Below, piece by piece: positions 28,928 through 39,467 of a stretch of 64,000 nucleotides of DNA. The position numbers were made by a program, and so were the translations under genes. This stretch comes from a virus. Positions within the stretch are counted from its first letter, which is position 1. Each line of letters begins with the position of its first letter. The notes under the pieces were generated by a model. It did not search any database, was not told the DNA's origin, and was given only the letters and a program-made list of their open reading frames with translations. The DNA lies in IMG/VR virus record IMGVR_UViG_3300045988_144754. One strand, written 5' to 3'.

Positions 28928-29434
28928 TCATATTTCCCGAAGTTTACACAAAACTCGTCGCTTCACCTTGTCGCACAAACTTTCGAGCGAGCCGTTGTTG
29001 AAGATTACTGCATCGTAGAAGAACAAGGACAGAAGATTGCGCTGTTTGTCGCGGTCTAAGCGTTCCTGCGACACCCCTCGGCGCAGTCGGGGTGCTTCCC
29101 ATGCCGTCACACAAATCTTGAATAGCTCGATGTCGGGGAATTTCTCGCACAAGGCTCTCAGTCCGTCCTCGTCAATGACGTAAATAGCCTTGTCCGTCAC
29201 CTGGTCGATGGTGGTCCAATACTCATAGCCGCCATACTGGGTGTATGCCAACATCTTATCGTGCGGTACGTCGCACTTCTCTACAAAATAATGCTGCCAA
29301 CCGTCAATCTCGCCTTCGCGCTTCGGACGTGTGGTATAAGAACATATCACTTTATAGCCGCCCAAGTCGGACAGCATCTGAGCCACAGTGTCCTTTCCTG
29401 CGCCACTCGGACCAGTAATTGTTATCAGTTTCAT
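28928..29434 (-). CDS. guanylate kinase-like nucleoside monophosphate kinase
   Basis: P-loop ITGPSGAGKDT plus TTRPKREGEIDGWQHYFV, the guanylate kinase signature. Confidence 0.65.
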   Translation of the reverse strand: MKLITITGPSGAGKDTVAQMLSDLGGYKVICSYTTRPKREGEIDGWQHYFVEKCDVPHDKMLAYTQYGGYEYWTTIDQVTDKAIYVIDEDGLRALCEKFPDIELFKICVTAWEAPRLRRGVSQERLDRDKQRNLLSLFFYDAVIFNNGSLESLCDKVKRRVLCKLREI

Positions 29435-29600
29435 ATATTTTTTGTTTGAATTTTAACATTTGAGCAATCAGTAAACAATCAGTAGACATGAAGTAAATAC
29501 GCATAGGCTTCACTTTTTGCGAAAATCAGGGCTTTTTTGCCATTTTTTGAGTTTTCGATTTAACACTTGTGAAAAAAATGTTTTTTGTGATTACGACCCT

Positions 29601-30686
29601 TTAGCCATAGATTTCCTGCATATCCTCCCTCGAAAGTGTTACCTTGGCTCTTTTGCAAAACATGAAAAAAGTATTTGCTCTTACTCTGTCGTATTTTCCG
29701 AATGATTTCCAAGAAGCCACAAAGTCTGATTCACGGTGTCCGTGGTTGGCATCAAAGGGACGGAAACGAGAAACTCGCTTCCACATATCATAGCCTTCAT
29801 TCGAATCGATACTGTATAAAGACATTCCGCATTTAACCCAGTCATCATAGTTTTCCATAATGTCAACAGCATTCTGCTCTACCTTGCGTACAAGAACACG
29901 AGCTTTGCGCAAGATGATGTCGGGTGTATCATTCTCCCAATCACCAGTATAACCCGACCTCTGACCTGACGACGTATTTTCGTAATGCGTAGCGACTTTA
30001 GTTACAGGAATTAGCGATGGCAACACAGCCATATCTTCCAGTCCCTTATACGGCACCACATTTTCATTGATATATATATGTTCGGGATCATCCCATGAGG
30101 CGAAGCGCACACGTCCGATGTTGCTGCAAGCCTTGTCGAGCATGATGCCAATAGCGGCATATTCTTTGAGCAGAGCTTTGAACTGGTCTTTGTGTCTTTC
30201 GGGATAGGCCAGACGAACCAGACCGAAATAACCAGTACCAGAGCAAGACCGCATCATTAATCCTATCTCAGGACGAAAACGGGCAAGCTTAAATATACTT
30301 TCAAAATCAGTTATCTGAAGATTGTCCTGCAGATCAATGTCGATGGCGAGCCAGCCGGTGTGCTGTTTCAGGTGGCTCTCTCGTCGGCTAACCATGACGC
30401 GCTGCCCTGGATGGGTCAGACTGTCATCCTCGTAGAGAGCGAACAAGCCGCTAAGAGTTGCTCCAGGCAAATGCTTCTTGGTATCGATGTACTCGGGCAT
30501 CTTCTTTGCCTTGCTGCCAAATTCCTGACGCATAGCACGAAGGCGCTGCACATACGGCTTCCATCTGTCCGTAAGACAGAACTCGCGGATAGTCATCTGC
30601 TGAATGCACTCACCCGTCTCGCGGTCTACGAAACGACCATAAGCATCTTGGGCAGACTCATAAATAGAGCAAACTTCGTCAAACAT
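29601..30686 (-). CDS. primase-like replication protein (VirE_N / PriCT_2-like)
   Basis: ENYDDWVKCGMSLYS...EGYDMWKRVSRF resembles the primase C-terminal PriCT_2 domain. The N-terminal half resembles the Bacteroides VirE N-domain. Confidence 0.45.
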   Translation of the reverse strand: MFDEVCSIYESAQDAYGRFVDRETGECIQQMTIREFCLTDRWKPYVQRLRAMRQEFGSKAKKMPEYIDTKKHLPGATLSGLFALYEDDSLTHPGQRVMVSRRESHLKQHTGWLAIDIDLQDNLQITDFESIFKLARFRPEIGLMMRSCSGTGYFGLVRLAYPERHKDQFKALLKEYAAIGIMLDKACSNIGRVRFASWDDPEHIYINENVVPYKGLEDMAVLPSLIPVTKVATHYENTSSGQRSGYTGDWENDTPDIILRKARVLVRKVEQNAVDIMENYDDWVKCGMSLYSIDSNEGYDMWKRVSRFRPFDANHGHRESDFVASWKSFGKYDRVRANTFFMFCKRAKVTLSREDMQEIYG

Positions 30687-30710
30687 ATCTTAGTTATTAT
30701 ACTTAGTACT

Positions 30711-30790
30711 TTCGTTGCAAAATTAAGAAATAAAATCAAAATAACAAAATACCTGGGGTATTTTCCTGTATATTTAAGATATATTAAAAG
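30711..30790 (-). promoter_or_regulatory. conserved upstream module with palindromic operator aaaatacc-N3-ggtatttt (copy 1)
   Basis: About 85% identical to 63386..63472. Perfect 8-bp inverted arms at 30747..30764. Immediately upstream of the primase-like gene. Confidence 0.5.
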
Positions 30791-31580
30791 AAATTTAATC
30801 GAAATATCTCAGTTGTTTCACATAATAATAGGTATTTTTGAGTTATGAGAAGGAGAATAAAATAAAATGAGACCAAAATGAAGACTTTGGTCACATTTCA
30901 CAGTACAAAAGTCCCATTTTTCAAAAATGAGCCAAAAAGCAAAAGTCCACTCATCATATTTTTCTCCATTTTAGTCCCATGATTGTCCCACGATTATCAC
31001 CCTGTTGCCCACTTTTTTCTTGCTGTTACTTGCTTAATAATTAGCTTTTTATATTATTTTGGTCTCAAAATGATTATTTTTTTTATAAACTAATATGCGC
31101 ATAAGAAATAAAATATTTATCTAAAAGATATAAAATACAGCAAAATTGGCTCAATTCCGTCTTATGCTTTGCCCCATCTCAATCTTGTAAGTAACTTATT
31201 GTCTGATGTTTACGGCAAAGCCGTTAATGCTACTAACTTCTAAATTGGGGTTAGGGGCTTTTGATTTTAGGAGAATAAAAAAATTACCCAAAATTCTGAT
31301 ATAGTATGCTTAGGATTCATGAAAAATGCGACCAAGACCCCGAAATGCGACCAAAAATGCGAATAAAGTCCCAATAAATGAGTCAGTTATACCACTACCC
31401 TACCCTGTCACATTTATTTTTACGAAATGCGACCAGATTATTCGGATTTCGTACAGAGTATCGTTTGATTGTCGTTCATACCTCACAACGAAAGAAAAAG
31501 ACCGCCACGTTTCACAACGGAACGGTCTCATCAGAAAATACTAACTAATAAATAAGATAAAGAAAATAAAATTCGTAAAT

Positions 31581-34500
31581 TTAGCCCTTGCCTTTCATAA
31601 ACTGATTGGCCTTCGTCATACTGTCGTAAAGATTGCCACGGCCATACATGTCTATCTTTGCGTAGATAGGCTCATTCAGTCTGTCGAGGAGGGTCTTGAC
31701 GGCTTGCAGGAGAGCGGCTTGGCTGGCTGTGTTGTTAGCGATTACATTGTTGGCCGCTGGTGCGCCCAACAGAAGATTACCATTTTCTGCTGTAAAGCCC
31801 GCTGCTGCGTCCCCCATTGCGCTCGCAAGCTCGCCGACATTACCATTGTCAAATGCGCGTCTTGCTGCACGTCTGCCTGAATAGTTTCTGTCGTAGTTGA
31901 CGAGAGCCTTGAGGAGTGCCGGATTGTTCATCATCATGGCTTGCGTGGTTTCACGACCGATGACTATCTCTGGGCCATTCTCTGCTACAAGAGAAGGCTG
32001 ACCATTGATGGTAGTAGCCCTTGGAGTACTAATCATTTGCACGCCAGTTTTTTGTTTGCCGTCATCCTCTGTTGCCCAATAAATCTCGCCATTGTCGGCT
32101 ACAAAGGGCTTCAGGTCTTGCACGTTACCGCTGTCATACGTAAGCATACCTGAAACGAGCTTCGTGTTTTTAGATACAGAAGAAGATTTCTTACTGCTGC
32201 TGCTGAAAGCCGAATTAAGTGCCCACTGAAGCAAGCCCATCAGAGTAGCCATCACTCCTGCTGCAGCAATAGGGCCAGCAATAGGACCTAAGAACTCAAA
32301 ACACTTCGCCATTGCTCCCGCGATAGAGAATGTCACCTCTTGGTCGGTGCGGGCCGCGTCCGAGTTTGCCACATCCTGATTGTTCTGTTCTTTAGCTGCA
32401 AGATTGGTGGTCATAGCCGTCTGGGTCATATCAAGAATGGCATTCTGCGTTATCTCCGTACTCTTACTTTGCTCTTTATTGCCGGCATCGGTGATGTCAG
32501 TTATATTCTTGACACCTTGATGGGTTTCTTTCTCTCTATCCTTAGCTCCCTTTTTAACCTCTTTACTGAGTTCTTTCTGATGCTTCTTTTCTTTCTTGAG
32601 CTGCTTGGCTTTTTCCTTGTCGTCTCCAGTTTTCTTTGAAGAACCGCCAAGAGTGAATTTGGTATTCATCAAGTCACCCACAAGGCTGCCTCCGATACCG
32701 GCTACGGCATCGGACAGAGTAGTACCGCCTGTGATAGCACCAGCAGCGGCTGTTCCCGCTTGAGAGGCGGTATCAATACCGTAAGTCTCCTTGTTATAAT
32801 CATGGATAGTACCGTTTGGATGACGTTTCTTCCATGCAGCAGGAGGCTCAGTATTTGCGAGATTGTTGCCGTTGGCATCAATATACTGACCTCCTACGAC
32901 ACGTACCCACATCGGGTTTTCAGCCGTGCCCAGGTTGCGCCAATCCATATCAATGGTAGCGTTGGCGTTAGCATTGGCTCTCGCCGCATCAATACCAGGC
33001 TGTGCGTTAGCCTTACCTCGTTTGGCTCCGGCATCATTGATGGCTTTCCACATTTGGGTGTTCACGTCATTAAGCGCCATGTTAGCCCAAGACTCAATCA
33101 TAGACTTCAGGGCATTCTTGATACTTTCCTGTGCGCTTGACACGTCAGACTCCATCAGGGCGAAAGCTTTACCTACCTCTGCACCGAAGGTCTCAATAGG
33201 CTGCACGAGTTGCTGCATCTGCGAAAGGCGGTTCTTCATCGCCGTTGCCATCTGATTGGCATAGGCAAGCTCTGCCTCCTGACGAGCCTTGTCTGCTTCA
33301 TCGATGAGCTGCTTATTACGAGAGTTCTTCAGACAGAAGGCATAATAATCTTCTGCCATCTGCATCTTCATCTTCAGTAACTCCACCTCTGGGTCGGCGG
33401 TAAGGTCGGCAAGACCGAGGTTGGAGAGAAAGTTAGTGCGCTTGCCGAAGAGATTGCTTTCCTGCAGCATCTTGCGCAGCTTTGCCTGCTGATCGAGATT
33501 GCGTTTGTTGTTTTTCCAAAGAAAATCAGAAATCTTCTTGGATTCGTCGTATTCTTTTTTCTGTGCAGCAGTATATTCATCAACATATTGGATAAGCTTG
33601 TGATAGAATAGCTTTACATTCTGCTCAGTCTCGCCCATCAACGCAAGAAAGACAGAAGGCATCTGCATATAGTCTTTTCCAAATAAGAACTGAAGCAGCT
33701 TCTGCTTCTCCCCGTTTGTCTCAAAAAGTGCCGCCATTTGTGTGCGAGCCTTTTCCAAAACTTTTATAACATCAGCCCTATCTTTATTTAGCGTTTCAAG
33801 CGAAACGTCTGCAAAACGAGAACTTATTAATCCCAAGAAAGAATTTTGTTGAACTACGCCTGTGTAATCATGTTCAAGTAGCTCCTTCCGACGTTGCTCT
33901 ATGCGTTTTTGGATCACATTGCTTGAATCGTTCTCTTTTGATGAAGCATTCAGCCACATTCGGTCAAGATAAGCACGGTCGCGTTCATCTGACTTATAGC
34001 CGACAACTTGCCCTTTCTTAATTTTAGGCATTTGCTTTAATAAATCAGAACGAAGTTGTGCTACATTAGTATTCAATATGGCATTCTCAAGCATACGAGA
34101 CTGAGATTGTCCAAACTCATCGTCTTTTTCCTTGCGATATTTGTCTATTGATTTTTTAAATTTATCCCAAGTTTTATTTCCAAGGACAATAGACTGCTGC
34201 GCAGCTGCAAGGGCAGCATCCATTTGTATTTGAATGTCATTAACTGCCTGTTCCTGTAATTCTTTCTCTACACCCTTCTTTGAAAGATCCTCAACAGTAG
34301 CTGTCATTTGGCGCTTATAGAAATTCTTTATCTTTGTAATAAACTCAGATATGTTGTTGCGAGCATCATCTTCAGGAGTAGTTGTGTTACCTCCACCACC
34401 ACCGTTGCCGCCATAAACTTTTTGACCTACAACCTTTCCATCTCCTACATCAAGTTTAGCCCCAAACTTTTTTCGTAAGGCTTCTTCTTGTGCGTTTATT

Positions 34501-37500
34501 TCATCCAGTCTTGACTGAGCCTTATCTCGCTCGCGTTTCGCAGCCGCACGTTGTCCTGCCTGTCCGATTGCACCCTGTGCCTGCCCTGGCATCATAGCAC
34601 CACCAGAGGTCTGAATATATCTTCCATTAGGAGCGTTTACGTGTGTATTTGCATACGCATCTTCCTTTTTCTGCAAATCAAGAATAGCATCCACTTTCTC
34701 ACGACCCAATTCTGCCAACTTAGAACGAGCGCCCTCAAGTTCGTAGTAATCTTGTAGACGTTGAAAGTTATCCTCCCATGCCTTAGTGTTTTCCTTAACA
34801 ACACCCGTCTCTGTGTTAATTTTAGCGTTGAGGTTAGGAATAGCGCCATTCAATTTATTCATAGCTTCGAGGCGAAGATTCATTGACGCTGAAGTATCGT
34901 GCATAACATTATGCAGACGCTTCAACGATTCTTGTTCCTCCATAGCCTTGCGCTTACCTTCTTCTTGTACTTCGTTAAGCACGCGCTGTCCTGCGGATAA
35001 ACCGTTCAAAGAGGAAGAATATTCGGCAAGTTTTACGACCAATATACCCAATAATCCAATTAATCCTCCCATAATACCCGCCTGCTTGGCAAACGACAAG
35101 CCATTAAATGCAGCTTTAGTTTTGGCAACGACAGCACCCAGAGACAACATACCTCCTTCTAATCCCTGAACATAAGTAAGCAGTTTTGCAAAGCCACCCG
35201 CTAATCCTGCCATACTAATCATGGTGATCAACGTAGGAAGTATGCTCAATAGCATCTTTATAGAGGCAAAGAGCAGCGCTAACGCTACACGAACCTCTGT
35301 CATAAAACTCATACTGGTTGTAAGTTCCTTTACAACTTCAAACCAAGCTTTTGCTATATCACGAATAGGTCCCGAAGCCGCACTTGAAGAAACAAACTGT
35401 TTTTCAAGAAGGTTGTTAGCCCTCTCCATATACGCGGCTGCAGTTTCCTGCTGCATATTATACTCAACCGTAACAGCAGAACCTTCATTAAAAGCTTTAT
35501 TAGACTCCTTTACCGCTTTAGTAAGCATACCATTCTTGGCAGCCATTGTTACCATAGTTTTTACCAAACGAGCGCCATCTGAGCCTAAGTCCTTAAATAA
35601 GCCATCAAGAGCAAAAAGGTTTTTAGTTTCGCCCATTCTGCGGAAAATGGTTAAGATTGCATCCATACCTCTTCCACTCTCGATCATCTTCTTCAAAGAA
35701 CCAGAAGCTATACCGAGTGATTTTTCAATAGGGCTTGTACCTTTACGAAGCTCTACAACCAACTTTCCAAAAGCTGTTGCTGCAACTTCTGGCTCAAGGG
35801 CCATTGAGTCAACAGCCGCACCAAGAGCCAAAATATCTGGGGTTGTTAAAGCCGCCTGTTCGCCCAATGCAAGCATACGATTAGAGAAATCCACAATCTT
35901 TCCGCTTGTCGCTGTAGATGTAGATGCCAGTCGGAAAATCGCAGAGCCTGTTTTCAGCATAGCCTGCTCCACTCCATATTTATCCGCAAGACCCATCACC
36001 TCAGTAATCTTAGCAAGAGCCGTCAACGCTTCATCGCCCAAATCCTCTTTCAATGCGACGTTCACCTGGTCTGCGGCACGGACGAAGCCAGCTAAATTTT
36101 GAGTTGTAATACCAAGTTTAGCTCCCGCCCAGGCCAAGTTGTTCAGTTCTTCTATGCTTGTACGGGTATCGATTTTAGCAAGTTCCTTTGATAAATTTGC
36201 TACTTCGTCAGTTGTAGATAAAGCGACCTTACGAATATTAGTAAGCTGTTCGCTATACTTCATATTAAGACGAAACAAATCTATAAAGTACGTTTTAAGC
36301 TGATTGAACATCGCAAACAATCCGACATAAGCCGTAAGGTTCTTCAGTGCTGTCTGCCATGCGCTGCCATGCTTGTTGGCTGCACCCGTCGCCTCGTCGA
36401 TGTTCTTCTTCAGTTCTTTCATCGACTTCTGCTTGTCGGCAAACTCCTTGCTCTTGGTGTTAATTTGATTCAGTTCCTCCTCAAGCTGTTTGTAGGCACG
36501 GCGCAGTTCGTCGAGGGAAGCCTTGCCCTGCTTGCTACGAGTGAGAATGTCGTTAAGGGCACTCTGCGACATACGGGTGCCTTTGAGAGTCTGTTCGAGC
36601 ATGGAGTATTGGCGACGGAGGTCAGCTACATACTTGCTGCCAGCAGGGAGTTGCTGTATCTTCTGCTGTATCACTTCCATCGTGTGCTTGATGTCTTCGC
36701 CAGAAGCCCTGTTGGGTTCAGCCAACACCTGCTTCATCTGCTTCCAGCTCATTGATGCTTTCTGAGCCTTACCCGACACAGCCTCCAGTCGCTTCTCTAT
36801 CTCCTGAAGCTCTTTGTTGTATTGCGCAATGTCGCCAGTATTTCCTGTAGGAGTATTGTCGCGAGCCTCGGTAATAGTAGCCTTGGCTCGACGCAAATCG
36901 GATGCCGAAGCGTTTTGACTGGTTACGGTCTGGCGAGCTTCCACGATGCCCATCTTGCCCTTGCGTCTATCTTCCTCAGCTTCAAGCTGCTTCAATGTGG
37001 CGAGATTCTGCTGATAGCTGGCATCCGATTTTTGCAGCGAGCCCACGAGGTCGCGCTGTTGCTTGATAGCCTTGTCGAGCCACTGGTCTGACTGATTGGA
37101 AACGTTCTTTAGTCCGTCGGCTATCTTGACGTATTGACCTTCGATAAGACGCATTTGATCACCCACCTGCTTCATCTCGCCTCGTATCTGCTCTGCCCTC
37201 TTCAGGTCGGCATCCGATCCAGTGAGTTTAGCAAGAGCCGACTTGCCCGAACCCATAGCGCGGCGCAGGTCACGGAGCTTAGTATTGGTAAGGTCTTGCA
37301 CCACCTCACCCAGTCGCTTTGTGTCCTCGATATTGTCGCGCTGATACTGCGACAGGGCTTTTAGTACACTTTCCGATTGCTTACATTCGGCTGTGTTCGC
37401 TTTTCCTGCCGCCGTTAGTTCCTGAACGTGATTGGTATATTTCACGATAAGCTGGTCAAACTCCTCCATTACCTTTTTAGCGGTAGTGGCATTCGCAGTG

Positions 37501-37532
37501 ACGATTACTTTAGCTAATCTTTGGTTTGCCAT
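31581..37532 (-). CDS. tape-measure-like protein (1983 aa, coiled-coil with central TM segments)
   Basis: Very long Ala/Lys/Gln/Glu-rich coiled-coil ORF with hydrophobic segments around aa 740-830 and Gly-rich stretches. Its position upstream of the head genes is atypical for a tape measure. Confidence 0.45.
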   Translation of the reverse strand: MANQRLAKVIVTANATTAKKVMEEFDQLIVKYTNHVQELTAAGKANTAECKQSESVLKALSQYQRDNIEDTKRLGEVVQDLTNTKLRDLRRAMGSGKSALAKLTGSDADLKRAEQIRGEMKQVGDQMRLIEGQYVKIADGLKNVSNQSDQWLDKAIKQQRDLVGSLQKSDASYQQNLATLKQLEAEEDRRKGKMGIVEARQTVTSQNASASDLRRAKATITEARDNTPTGNTGDIAQYNKELQEIEKRLEAVSGKAQKASMSWKQMKQVLAEPNRASGEDIKHTMEVIQQKIQQLPAGSKYVADLRRQYSMLEQTLKGTRMSQSALNDILTRSKQGKASLDELRRAYKQLEEELNQINTKSKEFADKQKSMKELKKNIDEATGAANKHGSAWQTALKNLTAYVGLFAMFNQLKTYFIDLFRLNMKYSEQLTNIRKVALSTTDEVANLSKELAKIDTRTSIEELNNLAWAGAKLGITTQNLAGFVRAADQVNVALKEDLGDEALTALAKITEVMGLADKYGVEQAMLKTGSAIFRLASTSTATSGKIVDFSNRMLALGEQAALTTPDILALGAAVDSMALEPEVAATAFGKLVVELRKGTSPIEKSLGIASGSLKKMIESGRGMDAILTIFRRMGETKNLFALDGLFKDLGSDGARLVKTMVTMAAKNGMLTKAVKESNKAFNEGSAVTVEYNMQQETAAAYMERANNLLEKQFVSSSAASGPIRDIAKAWFEVVKELTTSMSFMTEVRVALALLFASIKMLLSILPTLITMISMAGLAGGFAKLLTYVQGLEGGMLSLGAVVAKTKAAFNGLSFAKQAGIMGGLIGLLGILVVKLAEYSSSLNGLSAGQRVLNEVQEEGKRKAMEEQESLKRLHNVMHDTSASMNLRLEAMNKLNGAIPNLNAKINTETGVVKENTKAWEDNFQRLQDYYELEGARSKLAELGREKVDAILDLQKKEDAYANTHVNAPNGRYIQTSGGAMMPGQAQGAIGQAGQRAAAKRERDKAQSRLDEINAQEEALRKKFGAKLDVGDGKVVGQKVYGGNGGGGGNTTTPEDDARNNISEFITKIKNFYKRQMTATVEDLSKKGVEKELQEQAVNDIQIQMDAALAAAQQSIVLGNKTWDKFKKSIDKYRKEKDDEFGQSQSRMLENAILNTNVAQLRSDLLKQMPKIKKGQVVGYKSDERDRAYLDRMWLNASSKENDSSNVIQKRIEQRRKELLEHDYTGVVQQNSFLGLISSRFADVSLETLNKDRADVIKVLEKARTQMAALFETNGEKQKLLQFLFGKDYMQMPSVFLALMGETEQNVKLFYHKLIQYVDEYTAAQKKEYDESKKISDFLWKNNKRNLDQQAKLRKMLQESNLFGKRTNFLSNLGLADLTADPEVELLKMKMQMAEDYYAFCLKNSRNKQLIDEADKARQEAELAYANQMATAMKNRLSQMQQLVQPIETFGAEVGKAFALMESDVSSAQESIKNALKSMIESWANMALNDVNTQMWKAINDAGAKRGKANAQPGIDAARANANANATIDMDWRNLGTAENPMWVRVVGGQYIDANGNNLANTEPPAAWKKRHPNGTIHDYNKETYGIDTASQAGTAAAGAITGGTTLSDAVAGIGGSLVGDLMNTKFTLGGSSKKTGDDKEKAKQLKKEKKHQKELSKEVKKGAKDREKETHQGVKNITDITDAGNKEQSKSTEITQNAILDMTQTAMTTNLAAKEQNNQDVANSDAARTDQEVTFSIAGAMAKCFEFLGPIAGPIAAAGVMATLMGLLQWALNSAFSSSSKKSSSVSKNTKLVSGMLTYDSGNVQDLKPFVADNGEIYWATEDDGKQKTGVQMISTPRATTINGQPSLVAENGPEIVIGRETTQAMMMNNPALLKALVNYDRNYSGRRAARRAFDNGNVGELASAMGDAAAGFTAENGNLLLGAPAANNVIANNTASQAALLQAVKTLLDRLNEPIYAKIDMYGRGNLYDSMTKANQFMKGKG

Positions 37533-37552
37533 TGTTCTGTTATTTTGTGTTG

Positions 37553-38080
37553 TTAAATTGAAAAGTGGATTTCGTTGTCCTCGAAAGCCTTGAGAAGCAT
37601 AGTCTCGCCCTGGAAACCATAGAAGTCAACGAGATAGTTTTGCATACGCGTTTGCAGGTGTCGAAGCTCCATCATAATGGCAGGACGCTGAGAGCGACCC
37701 GCTCCATAACGTTTCCATGAACGAATGTAACGGCGAGAGTAGTTGGCCTTTCGTGCACTATCCACATCGTCGTACTTAGTACCGAGACCTACACCCATAT
37801 CCACGAAGCGCATATAGTCGTTGTAGGTAAACTCGTAGGTCCAGCCTTCGGGAGTATCGTTTACAATCCTGCCTTGGAAAGAGTTTACGCCTACTCCTTC
37901 GGCGTGCCATTGACCGCGTGCCGCACGAGCCGCATTGACAGCTCTGAATCCGCTATAGATTTCCTTCGGATAGATACATTGCGTTTCGGTGTTAATCTTG
38001 AGCTGACGCAATACGTCGCCAAGATACCATTGTGCGGTGTCCTTGAAATCAAAGGCCGGGGCTTGTATTGGTTTTGGCAT
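37553..38080 (-). CDS. hypothetical protein
   Basis: 175-aa ORF. Confidence 0.4.
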   Translation of the reverse strand: MPKPIQAPAFDFKDTAQWYLGDVLRQLKINTETQCIYPKEIYSGFRAVNAARAARGQWHAEGVGVNSFQGRIVNDTPEGWTYEFTYNDYMRFVDMGVGLGTKYDDVDSARKANYSRRYIRSWKRYGAGRSQRPAIMMELRHLQTRMQNYLVDFYGFQGETMLLKAFEDNEIHFSI

Positions 38081-38086
38081 GATGTT

Positions 38087-38692
38087 TTACTTTTTATTAT
38101 CATCCGTGTTTTCGTCTTCCGGCACGATATACTTGCCGTTGCTGCCACACGCGAAGTTGTAGAGCGGTTGCAGGCTCTTCCAGTCCATGCCCACGACAAG
38201 CCATTGTCCGGCGTAGATGTCACCCACCATGCCGAAGGAGATGCTGCTGGTGTCGATACTTTGCAGCTCTGCCATCACCATGGCATCGTCGGCAAAACTG
38301 CGCTTTGTGACGGGACAGCGGCCTGTGCGCTTCACTTCGATAAGCCAGGCTATGAGATCCTTGCAGTAGTCGGTGAGGTCGTTGGCCGTGCGCTCTATCT
38401 TGTTGCCGTCGTAACGGCCAAGAGTCTGCGGCGTGTCCTTCACCTTAGCGAGAAACCACACCTGGTGAGAGACAGATGCCTTCTTTGCGTCAACGAGTTC
38501 GCCGGTGGTCAGTACGCTGTATAGCATACACGGCGAGTGAACGACGTTGGCGTTTCGGGAGAAAATGTTCTCAAGGTCGATGTAGCGGATGCGGAAGAAA
38601 CTCTGGTCTTCGAGGCGCTTGCTCTCGGGGTTGTGAGAAAAAGGCTTGTAAATGGAAGCCCAATGCTCAAGGATATTGCTTATTGTTGCCAT
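38087..38692 (-). CDS. hypothetical protein
   Basis: 201-aa ORF. Confidence 0.4.
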   Translation of the reverse strand: MATISNILEHWASIYKPFSHNPESKRLEDQSFFRIRYIDLENIFSRNANVVHSPCMLYSVLTTGELVDAKKASVSHQVWFLAKVKDTPQTLGRYDGNKIERTANDLTDYCKDLIAWLIEVKRTGRCPVTKRSFADDAMVMAELQSIDTSSISFGMVGDIYAGQWLVVGMDWKSLQPLYNFACGSNGKYIVPEDENTDDNKK

Positions 38693-38738
38693 TCTCTTTT
38701 CACTTTATTAGGGTTTATGGGCGGCGATACCCATGCTA

Positions 38739-39269
38739 CTATTCGGGGTCGGGGGATTTTTCTTTATTCATATCTTCCTCATCCCGCATGAGTTCCTTCA
38801 ACTTGATGTTGAAGTGGCGCTCGGTCTTGTCGGCCACTATCTTCTGCATCACTCGCGCCCACCCTGCTCCGTTGCAGGTGCTTTCGTTCTCAAGGATACT
38901 GACAAACTGGACTCCGCAGTAAAGGGCGGCGAGATAATTGGCGAGATGGAGCGGATTCATGTAGTCGAGTACGATGGTGTCGATGGCGGTGGCGAGGAAG
39001 ATGGCGAGGATGAGGACGGAGAAGTCCTGCACCATCTTGGTCATCTTCTTGGATTTCAGCTTGCCGTCCATCTGGCATTTAGGATTCTTCTTGATAGCCT
39101 CACGAAATCGGCTGTAGATACGGCGGTTGAGCCGCCATGCCGTGTAGCAATCCAGTAGAAGGGCGAAGAAGCATACACCGATGTAGTTGAGTGAGGGTTC
39201 GATGTAACACCACAGCAGACCTATTGCGGCTGCTATGAATCGGGTAATGTTGGGTAAGATCGTTTGCAT
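38739..39269 (-). CDS. membrane protein
   Basis: 176 aa with several hydrophobic helices. First gene of the minus-strand block. Confidence 0.4.
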   Translation of the reverse strand: MQTILPNITRFIAAAIGLLWCYIEPSLNYIGVCFFALLLDCYTAWRLNRRIYSRFREAIKKNPKCQMDGKLKSKKMTKMVQDFSVLILAIFLATAIDTIVLDYMNPLHLANYLAALYCGVQFVSILENESTCNGAGWARVMQKIVADKTERHFNIKLKELMRDEEDMNKEKSPDPE

Positions 39270-39433
39270 TGTTGTGTTTGATTTTTAATGTGTGATGTAA
39301 ATGTGAAGTGTTATCCTGTTTTGATTAAGATACGATGCAAAGGTAATGAAAGGAGAAAAAACGGGTGGGACATACTTTTTTCTCCATGCGGACAGGCAGA
39401 GAGGTATGTCCCAATCGTTTTTGGATGATTTCG

Positions 39434-39441
39434 TAACTTTG
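39434..39441 (+). promoter_or_regulatory. Bacteroidetes-type -7 box TAACTTTG
   Basis: Exact TAnnTTTG about 27 nt upstream of the ATG at 39468. It lies in the divergent region between the two blocks. Confidence 0.4.
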
Positions 39442-39467
39442 CCGACGTAACAAACAACATAAACAAG

